From Paecilomyces variotii (Eukaryota), in assembly GCA_004022145.1 (NCBI GenBank), contig RCNU01000005.1: DNA of 58,371 nucleotides. One strand, 5' to 3'. The notes beneath the pieces were generated by a model. That model did not search any database, was not told the origin of the DNA, and saw nothing but the letters and a program-made list of their open reading frames with translations. The position numbers and the translations under genes are program-made. Shown one piece after another: positions 37,156 to 49,084 of the stretch (the stretch's first letter is position 1; each line of letters begins with the position of its first letter).

Positions 37156-39033
37156 ATGCGCGCGACGTCCTCTTGTACTGCATGTCGGTATGAAATAATA
37201 ATTATAGTTGCGATTCTGGAGTCATTTACCACGTACTGACTGTTTACCAAGATTACGCAAGAAGAAATGCATCATCCCCGAGTGGGGACAGTCATGCAAG
37301 CTGTGCGTGTCAAGGAGGCTAGAATGCAATCTAGCCAAGGTGCCTTCTGGAAGCGATAGAGGAGCTCCTTTAGATCACTTAGACGGCCTTATCCCAAGTT
37401 GTCCGGGAGAACCAAGTGCGGAGCCTTCAAGTACGCTTTTAGATGGAACAGGAGTTTCATCGAGAGTGACCCAAGATGGTTTACCGGCCACAGTCTGTGA
37501 TGACTTGGTTGATCTCTATTTTGATTTGATACACGACAAACAGCATATTCTCTTCCATCGGGATTCCTTTATTGCTGATCAGCGTGCGGGAAGGGCACCA
37601 TCGTTTCTGGTGTTAGGGATGATTGCGTTGGCAGCTCGGTTCGTGGGACCCTGTTGAGGAAAAGAGCTCGCATCCCTCTGACGAAGTATGGATTGATTAG
37701 GTTTTCGTCCAATCCATATTTTCAGAATACCCGTCCATGGGATAGAGCCAAATCTTGGTATCAAAAAGCGATGAGCGCATTTAACTCTCGTTCAGTTCTG
37801 ATTGATATACCGTCTTTGCAAGGGAGCGTCCTGTTGGGATTCGTCGCATTCGTGGAAGGAGACAATGATCAGGATGCCTTGCTTTCTGCCCAAGCAATTT
37901 GCATGGTGCAAATGTTGCGCTTACCAGTTTGCCTTAGCTCCGATCCCATACAGCGAGAAGTCGAGATTCGATGTAGGTGCATTTCATTCAAATATTGAGG
38001 CCGAGTCGCTGATTCTCTTTGCTTAGTATTCTGGCAATGTTGGATGATGGATGCGTGGCATACATCACGACTACAACTTCCCAGGCGCCTGAATGATTCG
38101 AATTTCAAGAGACCCTTGGAAGAGTGTGCATTTAATGCAATGCAGCCTGGTGATCCGGCTAGTCACCTATCTGAGGCGGACATAGAATCGCTGGGACTGC
38201 GGAAATCCGGCCTTTGGAGCTCAATGCTTGCTCTGACAGAGATTCACAACCAAGTTGTCCTGCTTAATGACCAGATCGTCCAAAAATCTATTCCTTACCC
38301 CGCGGTTCGCAGACGTGTAGCAGAATTGTCAATCAAGTTGGACCTCTGGCTGGGAGATCTACCAAGTCATCTCCTTAATACGGTTGATAACCGTGAGAGC
38401 CATGCTAAATCCGGCCTTGGACGAGAGTTCGCCATCCTACACCTGCTTTATCATCACCAAGCTCAACTTCTCTATTACCAATTCCTCAATAAAGGGTCAA
38501 CTAGCACTGGCGCGGATATCGACCATGAAGCCGTTCAATATGCTGGACAATGCAAAGCTCATGCTGCAGCATTAAGTAAAATTATGTGGGACACTAATTC
38601 GACGCCTGGAATGGAATGCTTGTGGTCACCAGTCAATGGACACCTTTTGGTTGTCTCATCGTCCATACATCTTCACACACTCTTATTCAGCAATGACGAC
38701 ACAGAAATCACCAAGGCAAGAATGTTATTAGAACAAAACTTCATCATTCTACTCCATTTGCAGAAATACTGGCCATTCATTGAATTCTCTATGTCGCGAC
38801 TGCGGGCATTTCATCAAGTATGTCAGATGAATGCTACGGAGAAGAACTTTGACATGGATCGCTGGATGATTAAATTCTTAAACAGGTATGGTTCTCGAGT
38901 TCAGGATCGGTATAGTGAATTTGGACCAGATCTAGACGAAAGCGATCCAATTGTAGGGACTCCTGCCGCTGCTGCACTGTGGAAAGAAATATCCGGAAGC
39001 GAGTTCCGTCAACTTCTCACAGAATCTCAATAG
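37156..39033 (+). CDS. Zn2Cys6 transcription factor with Fungal_trans domain
   Basis: Exon 1 37156-37187, intron 37188-37251. The spliced motif is CTACRLRKKKCIIPEWGQSCKLCVSRRLEC; later exons match ORFs 37654..37998 and 38044..39033. Confidence 0.9.
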
Positions 39034-40048
39034 GTCTTCGGTCTCGACATACTGTACATGAGAAGTTTATCCGAAAGGCTGCTTAAATGGTCACAGCGCC
39101 CAAAGCTACGCCGGAAAGTGCGAAGGACTGAATCAATCACTACGGCTCGGGGCTAAACTCCCTACTTCTCCGGAAGAGTTTTGTTGCGATCCAAGTGCCA
39201 GCTACTTACTTCAAGTGGGATGTGGTGAAATGAATGGACTCTTGACCAATATTGATCAAGAGTGGTTCGCAGCTGCATTATTTCGTTCCTTCCCTGCCTG
39301 GGACGCCCATAGCAGAGATCATAGCCCCTTCGTCGGACTTACATTAGGGTCTGCAGCATATTTCGTGAATGGGGAGCAATTAGGCGTACGGGTGTTCGGC
39401 ACAGATATGGAGACAAAAGAAATGCCGTGACTGTTCGGTCTCGAGCTGCAGTTCGACCGTGTGTGTTTATAACCCCGCTGGGGTTGTCGATTACTATTTA
39501 AACTGGAATGGTCGACCACTCCGTTCAGATCTGGCCTCCGGGTTTTTCACTCGATATCTGAATCAGCTCCCTTGGGTTCCGAAAACTAGCTCCTCGATCA
39601 TCTGGTTGAACTGCTTGTCTACATTTGGAGACTACAGTGTTAAGAAACCAGTCCCGAAGAAGGAACAACTGGAACTGGAAATCACCCGCAGATCCTGTGA
39701 TCGGAAAAGCTTGATTCTATCTAGGCAGAAAGTACACGCGGAAATATTATAATACCCAATACAATAGGCCCATTTACATATTACTTATGAATCATGGCAA
39801 GAATATTAAATTGATAGAGTATTATTGGCATTAAGAAAACCTCAAGAACTGACTACACTAGCAAGTAGAACACCAATACATTTTCGTCTCCCCAATACTA
39901 CGGAATGTAGTATTCAAGGTAAACTAACTGAGGTAAAGTCAATCCATGACGAACGTGGATATGGCTTAGCTTTGCGAACTTAGGTTCCCAGTCGTGCGTC
40001 TGTTTCAACCAAATGTTCGCGGCCAATATCGCGACAAAGGATCTAGAC

Positions 40049-41842
40049 TCAATCAAAGAGCATTGCCTTCGGGATGATGTCTTGAGATTCTTTTTCTTCC
40101 TGTCCGCTCTTGTTGGGCATACGCGCAAGCCATGATGGCGGCGAAATGCCTGTCTGGTCATGGATAGTAGAGAGAAGCGGTGGCAGACTTTGCATGAGGC
40201 CCCGAATGGGATTATCAGAGGCATCTCCGTTACCTGGATAGAAACACTGTTAGTCATAATTGTCTATATCCCCGGTCGTCTTTCCAACCGGGATTAGGCG
40301 ATAGAGCACTCTAGTGAGCCACAGAATCCTCAGATGTCAAACTTACCAGTATTCCACATAGTAATCTTGGGCTGGAGTCCACTGATCGCATTTCCGTTGG
40401 CTTCTGCAAGTCTCTCATATGTGCCACTCTCCAGCATCTTGTATTGTAAGAACCCTTGAGGCCCTCCCAGGACATCCACAAGAGCACTATGAGCCTTGGC
40501 CATCTCAAGCATAGCTTCCGCTTCTCGTTTCTGCTGGTAGCCTGTAGAAGCATAGTTAGCGGGATATATCATAGTAGTATTACTGAGAGACCTACAGAGG
40601 GCGTCTGCCTCCAACTTTCTTTTGTACAAGGCTGCATCGGCTTCTTTTTGCTCCTTATACAAGAAAGCATCTGCCTTCTCCTGAGCGGATTCGCGGGCTA
40701 TCTTGCTCTTGACGACATCCGATGCTCTAAGGCGTTCAAGCTCTTTTTCAGTCTTCCTCACCTCGACCTGTCTCTGTAGTTCTGCATCGGTCATATCATA
40801 CTGACGTCTCGCGGTGAGCTTGGCGAGTTCAAGATTGTTATCAAGCTCTGCTTTGAGTCTTGAGAGCTCCGCTTCAACCTCTGCTCTTGTCTTTTGGTGG
40901 CCCGCTTCGATGGTAACTGTTTCGGTTTTGATTCTGGATGTTTCCTGCCTCTTCAATCCGTCAATCTTTGCTTCGCCAATTTGGCCCCTCATCTGGGCTT
41001 CTGCGGTATCAATACGGGATTGATTAACAGCAGCTTCCTGAACTTTCTTGCTCATACAAGTCAAGTAGTCGAAGCTTCCATACGAGTCGCTAATATCTAG
41101 AATATTGGCATTATGACTGAAAACGTCTTAGCAAATACTACTCGCGCCAGATGTCATGAAATCACATCACTCACACTCTAAGGCCGAACTTCTCGAGCTC
41201 TTTCTGTATGTTTCCCATTACTGATATCGCACAAAGTTAGCAGTTAGTTTTCGTGTATTGCTTTATAAGCTGATATATACCTACCTTCGTCCTTGAAGAT
41301 CTCTCTCTCTTTGAAGATTTCTTCCATAGTCATGCGGGCAACAGTCGCGTTTACTTCTCCCTTGACAATGTTGCGTATTGTAGAGCTCCTGCCACAGATC
41401 TCATCTGCCAACAAGCGACATTCATTGCGAGACAAGATTTGAGCGCATCTCTTGACTGACTCGGGATTATCATCAGGTCCGACTGTGAACACGACATCCA
41501 GATTGAACACATGTTTTTCAATAGTCCTTGGCCGGTCGCTGTAGGGTACATTGCATGGCAATAGCGAAATGCGGGAAGCCTGAAAGTCATTTTCGTCAGT
41601 AGAGTGAAGCGGAATGACAATCAAAAATATAACGTACTTTCTGCCATGGTTTCACGAAGGCTTTCTTGCATACGCGGACTCCGTCAATGCCCGCTCCCGT
41701 GATGACGAGATATTCGTGTGGTTTTGTGGTTTTGTATCTGTGGCGATTCAGCAGATTGTTTTCCTTTTTGGATATAGCTTTGACAGCTCAAGTTTCCATC
41801 GAGTCTTGTTTTCCGCTAACGGAATTGTACTCACCCAACCAT
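40049..41842 (-). CDS. Flotillin-like SPFH-domain protein, multi-exon
   Basis: Spliced MVGYKTTKPHEYLVITGAGI..KKAFVKPWQK, VFTVGPDD, MTMEEIFKER, ELEKFGLRVHNAN, coiled coil, GLQPKITMWNTG, and C-terminal MQSLPPLLSTIHDQTGISPPSWLA; TGA at 40049-40051. Confidence 0.88.
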
Positions 41843-43057
41843 TATGACAAAGTACAGTTGTCAGGAATTTTTTTCCTCTGTAGTGTATGAGGTGATGATA
41901 CCGGGAGGCGTGCCTCTTTGTCCAGAGATAGATATGTTGGAGTCGATATAACTTTCGATTGAAGGGGGGTTTCGATAGAATATTAAATAAATATCACGAC
42001 ATGATACTCCCGCTAGTGAAAGTATGTTCAGTAACCTTTAACCTATGGACTAATCATATTTGCGTCAAGAGATCGTACAACTGGAGTCCGAGTCCAGAAT
42101 TCGAACTCAGGCCAGTTTAGTGGTTGACTCATTCATTGACAAACCAGCCAGGTGGACGCGAGTACATGTGGAAACATCATCCTCGTATATTAGATAGCAT
42201 TAGATAGCCTAGCATAATATTTCTCTGATAGACTATTTCCTTGATTCGACAACATCTTACTTCAAGGGACTTAAACAATCATTTTGGCTCTCCCAAGTGG
42301 CGTGTCGAGTTAGATAGATGTCGACAAACGCTTCTAGCTTCGATAATTAGAACGCATTTCGATGAGGTAGAGGATTTAATGACAAGGATGAAGTTATCTT
42401 CTAGTGTATTTGCGTATTCATGAAAGAAAAGATAACGATTATTGTCATGCATGCAGTCTAGATCTGTCTGTTGGCCTTGTGATAGTAGCATTGGCACTGA
42501 AAGAGGATGCATGCGTTCCATGGAATACGACAAGCCGAAAACGTTTATCAAATTTGTCAGTGATGGGAGACCACCAAAGCGATTCTCAGAGAGGGGTAAT
42601 AAAGGCTATCCAAACTGTCTTCTATGTTTCAGCCGACTTTCAAGACCCTTATGCTGCGCGAGGTTGGCACCATGCGGGGAAAGGTGACCGCAGCATCTAT
42701 TGCTCCACCCAAACGCTGCCCCTGGCAGTAGACGAGAGTTTAGGAACTGATAAAAAGTGTCCTCGTAATGCGAAATCCAGTCTCCAACGTGCTAGTAATA
42801 GAGAGGTCATAGCCATTTCTGGCCGCGCATGTGTCGATAATACTGACATAAACAGAACCTGACGTGATGTATGTCGAATTACTCTTGGCACTGGAAGATT
42901 GTCATATCCTGCGAATAGACAATGGTATCGGGTTATCTTAGGGGATACCACAATGTATCTCACTTTAAAAACACCCCCGTCATAGTATTTGTTGTCCGAA
43001 GCATTTCTGCCCCATATTTTCTCGAGTCAATCTTCGCCTCATTTGGCTTTCGGCAGC

Positions 43058-43846
43058 ATGTCTCCTACATCGTATAGTCCTGAAATATACCAAGATGAGG
43101 CTGCCCCGGCTTACGAAGAAAGTCTTGACGCTTCTCGATTTACCAACAGCGAACAGAAGAAGGACATGTCCCATTTCGCGCCGTCCCTGTCTTTGGGGAA
43201 GCAGTTGGCAGAGACACGAGCTCGGAGAATTGAGGATATGCTGGAGACATACGTGAATCCTCTGGTTTTCTCCCTTGGACAGACTGGCTTATATAAAACC
43301 ACATTCTTGCTTGTCCCCTCAAACGTAACTGTTCTCCAAACAAACCGCATGTCAACGGAAACGGAGATTATCGGTTTCCCAGCCGGGTGCCCTGCAAGCC
43401 TGATTTGGCTTATCGGCGAAGAGCATACTCTGGAGTTCTGGAGACAGCCAGCAGTGATGAAAGAGCTCGAAAGCTGCCTTAAGCAACACTTAATCGGTAC
43501 CGGTCACAGTTTGGAAGGTACAATGGACGAAGCTTCGACCAGAATAACGGAGAGGCCTGAAGACGACAACAATATGCAAATATCTACCGCTGCGAAGAAA
43601 TCATTTTGGGGAAAGACGAATACTAGATCTATCAGCCGGAAAGACCATGGCGACGCGGAAACTATTCATTCGAGACCTGAGTTGAGATGTCAAAATGCAG
43701 GGTACCTGGACAGTGCCGTTCCACCAGGAAAAGTCAGAGTTCAGGTCCAGTTGAAGGACATATGTTTACGCGTACAGACAGAGATGGGATTATATGATAC
43801 AAGAAAAGGTCCCGCACTTTGCCTGTCAATTGAAGTCGGAAGTTAG
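43058..43846 (+). CDS. Hypothetical protein (intronless)
   Basis: Long ORF (42989..43846; first ATG 43058) with protein-like composition (APAYEES, LEFWRQP, RVQTEMGLYDT). No family recognised. Confidence 0.65.
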   Translation: MSPTSYSPEIYQDEAAPAYEESLDASRFTNSEQKKDMSHFAPSLSLGKQLAETRARRIEDMLETYVNPLVFSLGQTGLYKTTFLLVPSNVTVLQTNRMSTETEIIGFPAGCPASLIWLIGEEHTLEFWRQPAVMKELESCLKQHLIGTGHSLEGTMDEASTRITERPEDDNNMQISTAAKKSFWGKTNTRSISRKDHGDAETIHSRPELRCQNAGYLDSAVPPGKVRVQVQLKDICLRVQTEMGLYDTRKGPALCLSIEVGS

Positions 43847-44332
43847 ATGATAGTTGAATATCAGATATAATCGCCTACTCCCCGGGTTCAAATATTGTAA
43901 TCATCATAGAGGGTGACCACGGACTCTCAGTAATCAGTAACAATACTACGCAGATTCCTTCGAATAACGTAGACTCTGATCTCAAGCAGAGCATCATTAT
44001 GAGGAAAGATTATCTGGCGGTTTCATTCTGCAGAGCGGTCACGTGTTACCCCTCAGATACGAAAACCCCCACCAAGTCAAACAGTGCAAAATACACCTAT
44101 CACAGTCGTTGCTTCTATCAAGACAGTGACATATTTTCCTCACAATTTACTTTGTCTCGACATAAGGATTGTTTTCTACCATAGAGACAAACCGACGAGA
44201 AACTTGGTTGGTAGCAGCCTTTCCCCTAGTACGCTGGACACCCCAAACAGTCCCAGTTCCCAGCGGACGCGTGTTCCTCCCGTATATATTGTCACGTTGT
44301 GACATGATGTATTGACTTAAAGTATAGGAATA

Positions 44333-44895
44333 ATGGCGCCCCCATCGCCTCTATCAATTGCTACATCGTCTGTTCAACGTTTGGTCAAGGAGGAGGCTTC
44401 TTACCACCGTGAACTGCAGCAGCAAGAACAGCGAATCCAGCGCTTGGAGGCCGAGACCGGCCCCGATGAAGATGGAAACAGGCAGTATGCACTGAATCAA
44501 GAGGTATGTATTTTTATAGTCATGTTTCGATTGTACTCCCATATCTATGAACGCCAGGGGCAACTGGATTTGATATGGATCCCGGTCCCTTTTTCCCAGC
44601 TGGGAACATGTATGGAATTCTACTGATAATGGGCAATTTGTAGCGTCGGGCAATGGAAGAAACCAAAGCAGTACTTCCAACACTGAAACCAAAGATTTCA
44701 GCTGCTCTCCAGAAGTTAGAGGCTCTACTGGTAAGTGCCTATTCATTTGGTCCTTTATTTGTGTGGCCAGGCAGAGTTGACCTGTACGTAAAGGTCGAGG
44801 AGGGACAGAAAGGCGACCAAAGCAATGTTGAGCAGATAAATGCTGCCAAGGATGCAGTAGCTCAAGCCAAGATTGCAGTGAGAGAGGTTTCGTGA
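44333..44895 (+). CDS. RBL2: Tubulin-specific chaperone A (TBCA/Rbl2)
   Basis: Exons 44333-44503, 44644-44730 and 44794-44895. Motifs IATSSVQRLVKEEASYHRE, NQERRAMEETKAVLP and INAAKDAV. Confidence 0.9.
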
Positions 44896-45081
44896 TAGAA
44901 GAAAATTAATTCGACGGCTGTCCTGACCGAGAAGACGGCGAGATGTAACTCTGGTATAAAGGCTGCAAATCCTGAAAGTAACAAAGCAAGACCGAGAATA
45001 TTTTCGTTCGCGATGATCCAAACAACCCGTACCAAACGCCACGCTATTGTACATATGCAATGCCACAGGGTCATAGGGACA

Positions 45082-46139
45082 TCATGTAGTGTCCATCTTA
45101 TCGCCTACGCGGCCATCAGACACTTCTTCGCCTTCTTCCAGATCGTTGGCCTTTTCAGTCCCTTCGTCACCAGTCACCTCTCCTTCATCCACCATGTTGG
45201 TATCCTGCTCCATATTCGTAGTTTGACGCAATGGAGATGCCCTTGCCGTTCCGTCATGTGACCTGTCTACTTGTAGTCCAGATGTACCATGTTCATCCCG
45301 GGAAGACTGCAGTGATATATTTTCAGGTCGCGGTGTATTCGAACCACTGGTCTTGTCTTTGGAAGGAACATCGCCTTCGTCGCCGTCTTCACCCTCCTGC
45401 ATGCCCTCTCTGCGCTCGACCTCCTCCTTCTCGTCTCTAATCAAGCGTCGCAGCTGCATGCCTTCTTCCACGATACGGCCAAATTGTTCTCTCCGTTCCG
45501 ACCATGTCTTCGCGTATTCCTTGCTCTCCTTCTCTAGCTCTGTGATTTCGGCTTGTAGTTTCTGTAGATTGTTCTCTTGATCCTCCCGTGGTTTCAGAAG
45601 TCTGTTGCTTGTGATTTTCTCGGCTAGCTCGTCGTACGTTTTCCGTAGTGCCAGGGTCCTTTGGGCTTCCTCCAGCTGAGTCCGCAGCTCTGTTATGTTG
45701 TCGCTCACGGATTGAGCAGTGGACTGAATGCGAAGTTTCTGGGCGGCATAACGCTCACGTTCCTTTTCGTTACTCGTAAGCAGGAACTGGATGCGAGCGA
45801 TGCTGCCTTCGAACGCTGCAAAGTCGAGCGTTACGTCTTCGCGGAATTGGCGCCATTCTTCGAGCTTCTTCTGTCGCTCAGCTTCGAGCGCTGTCGCAGC
45901 ATCGTCGTCTGCATTATCCGGCGGAGGAGTCGGAAGAATGGTCGTCAATGAGGATGTGAGGGAGCCTGGAGTGAGGAGACGTTTCGTGATGCGTTTAAAA
46001 GGCTTTTCTTCGACGTTCAGAAGACGAGATTTGTGCAGTGCATCTACCACGACAACTTAGGTCAGTCTGCATTCCAGAAGAGGACCAAGAACAGTATCTT
46101 ACCTTCCTCGGCCTGGTCTAATAAATTGTAAGATGCCAT
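45082..46139 (-). CDS. THO7: THO complex subunit 7 (Thoc7/Mft1-like)
   Basis: Exon 1 46139-46103 (MASYNLLDQAEE), intron 46102-46044, then DALHKSRLLNVEEKPFKRI, coiled coil and RKTYDELAEKI. Confidence 0.85.
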
Positions 46140-46633
46140 TGCGAGTAACAAGGTAATGCGGAGAAGCGTTATGACAGGGCTGAGGAAGAGCTTCTCAGTC
46201 GGGTAAGGCAAGCTAACGACCAAAGGCGACCAACCACGCTAGTCGCGCAGGTTGCCCGCAACCTTGCTTTACCTCGCTTGCAACTGGAAGACAATGGAAG
46301 ACCTCAAAGGTCGTTCTATCGTTGATCGTCTCGAGAGTTGAGTATTGCATTTAACTGTCATCCTCAATCCATCAGACACGACTGCCAAGCTGTACGAGCA
46401 GTCTCCCCTGATTCTGACGCACGGCTTGTTTGTCACCTCGGTTGACATGAGATAGTCTAACACTGTGGAGCTGAGCTCAGGTCTTGAAGTGTAAAGGAAC
46501 AGAACAGGTTCTATTCCGTACGCAAATTCCCCCGTTATATCAATCGCTTATGGCTAACGTTTCATTTTCATAGAATGCATGAAGAGGCACTATTTATTCA
46601 GTCTTCTGGTTCCCACCGGATTAGCATATCGCA

Positions 46634-47764
46634 ATGACGGAGTTGTACTCGGGCCTCCATGTGGGCCAGAGATTCGCCTCGCTCGAAGAGTTCAAAGATG
46701 TTATACGAAGTATATCTGTGAGGCAGCACTGGGACCTTAGAGTGGTACGAAGCAACAAGAAGAGTGTAGTCTTAGGCTGTCGATCCTCAGTCAATTGCTA
46801 CTTCCGAGTTGTGTGCCGCGCAAACAAAAATGCAACATACATAACGAGTTTACAAGACGGTCACAGTTGTCGGCGAACTGCGAGTTCGCCAGGGGCCACG
46901 CCGGCTCGTTCAGAAGCGTCCCATGTCCGGTTCCTCCTTTCGGAGATACCAAAGTTATTTGATATGAACAATAAAATAAGAGGACAGGAAGTTGTCGACG
47001 CAGTTAAACGCTACCATGGCTATGATATATCTATGAGACAGGCACAGCGTGCCCTCACTAAATTACAGCCACGACGACCAAGAGTTCACCCAGATCAAGC
47101 AGCCCACGGAGAGGGAGATGACGAAGTACAACAGACCCCACATCAAGCTCAAGCAAGCCACGAAGATAATTCTGGACACGGCAAAATTGCTGAGAATAGA
47201 TGGCTTCACAGTCAACTTCCAGCTACGTTACCTCCCGAAGGTAGCGTTCAGCCGAACAGTACTCAGAATAACCAGACTGTCTCTCAACAGTCTCATAACC
47301 AACAGGTGCCAACGCATACTCTGGGACACCCCCAGGATCAGAGGTATCCTGTTCAACATCTGCCTCCTATAAACATGCCACAAAATACGTATACCCATCC
47401 GCAATCTACTCACACAGCACTGCCGCCACCAGACCCGAAACTCCAAAGCCAGCAGCAGCAACAACAGACCGGACATCCAGCTGCCCCGCAACTGGTACTT
47501 ACGAACTTCAAGATTGAATTCACTTGCACGACCTGTGGGTCCTTGAACCAGAGCTTCTTTCCTAATCATGGAAACATCGCTGGTGGCAACTATCTGCAGC
47601 ATTCCTCATCAACACAGAACAGTATACAAAGCCGCCCACCTACTTCAGTATCCAATAGAAGAAGCAGTAATGACGATGGAAACACTGTTGGACATCATCG
47701 CGACATACCGTCAACTTGGACTGCGAGTGGTCTAGAGGTACCGATTACTTCTGGCAACCCTTGA
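46634..47764 (+). CDS. Protein with N-terminal MuDR/MULE-type (DBD_Tnp_Mut, WRKY-GCM1 fold) DNA-binding domain and Q/P-rich tail; no transposase catalytic domain
   Basis: LHVGQRFASLEEFK...SNKKSVVLGC-x4-CYFRV...HSC zinc-finger pattern, a second CxxC (CTTCG) near the C-terminus, intact ATG-to-stop ORF. Confidence 0.7.
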   Translation: MTELYSGLHVGQRFASLEEFKDVIRSISVRQHWDLRVVRSNKKSVVLGCRSSVNCYFRVVCRANKNATYITSLQDGHSCRRTASSPGATPARSEASHVRFLLSEIPKLFDMNNKIRGQEVVDAVKRYHGYDISMRQAQRALTKLQPRRPRVHPDQAAHGEGDDEVQQTPHQAQASHEDNSGHGKIAENRWLHSQLPATLPPEGSVQPNSTQNNQTVSQQSHNQQVPTHTLGHPQDQRYPVQHLPPINMPQNTYTHPQSTHTALPPPDPKLQSQQQQQQTGHPAAPQLVLTNFKIEFTCTTCGSLNQSFFPNHGNIAGGNYLQHSSSTQNSIQSRPPTSVSNRRSSNDDGNTVGHHRDIPSTWTASGLEVPITSGNP

Positions 47765-49084
47765 AATCCGTTCACAGAGAAGTCGAAACGATTGAATCAC
47801 TGGTCTCTTGAGATACCTATTCACTGTTAGATGATTCGTGGTTAAAAATGGCGACTTTCGCCTCCCACCCATCCTCATAAATAATACCGTGTGGCAGCAG
47901 TCAATCGCTTTAATGGTCTCCACAGGAACTGGGATGTGCTCTCCACTAAGATGCTTATATACACGAGTCTGACGAGGAATCGTCACAACTATAGCATCGC
48001 TAGTAACCGCTTATCGTCCGCAAAAGATATGCTGGCTGCGATCTGAGAAATTTTCTCTGTGATGTGTTGAAAGATAGCCATCCACTTGACTAGATGGGAC
48101 TTTCCTCGCATCGATATGTCATTTCTTGGTATTATGCTCGAACCATCCCTCATGTAGAATAATCGTTCTGCTCCATAGGTAGGAGATGCACGATACTGGA
48201 ATAAAGACCGATAATGAACAAGGGACAACGATATTTGGTGAACGCTGGTCGAACTTTCCAGTCATACCGAAGAAACACAATTATGCCACGTGAAGATCTT
48301 CAGTCTTACTCAACTGTTACTAATCCCTACGCTCTCACAAGAAGTTCATGTTTTGATTGGACAAGGTGAGGAAATAGTACTTCTGAATCGGAAATCTCTT
48401 ATCTCTGTAGCTTTCAAATGGAGTGTCAAGATTTATTAAGAGAAACGTGGTAGATAACTTGTCTTATGTCTGAACCTGACATCGCACTATGGCGATAGGC
48501 AGCGAGAGCTGGTAAGGATTAATATATTATGATATTATTGTAGAGGTCTTGATAACAGGTAGTAGCGAGAGCATGTTCATGTGGACAACCTGCGCGCAAA
48601 TCAAATACACAGTCAAATGTCAGGAAAGCAATTTATGATCATGGAACTTATGTTGCTAGCCACGGCCGAGATTATCCCCAGTCAGATTACACGGTTATAA
48701 CCTCAAACAATGGCTAATTAACATGAAGTCAATCTGAGGCTTGTATCTGATAGAAGACCCTAATGAAAGGCATTCGCAAGCGATCGCTGCATGGGAAAGT
48801 ACTTTTAGGCAATGATTATAGGATTTTTCCTTCACTGCATAACACAACACAACATCACACTTTATAACCGTTGCACAGTCACTAACTAGCTAGCAATAAT
48901 TTCTCTAATTGATGCAGCGCTTCTAAGTTCTTATGATACAATATAGTAATCACTGATTCCCTTTAAGAATGACCTGCACCCAGGTATCTCAGATGGCTGG
49001 CCGCATTTCTTTACGGCAATGCAGCCCTTCCCCGACATATAGCTACCCTTGAACTCTAGAATTATGCTATCAAGCCAGTGCCGT

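Noticed and set aside
42241-42963. Short overlapping ORFs between flotillin and the hypothetical gene
   Set aside because: No consistent exon structure or motif was recognised.
46634-47764. Autonomous Mutator transposon
   Set aside because: No DDE domain, TIRs or 9-bp TSD were seen; better explained as a domesticated domain.
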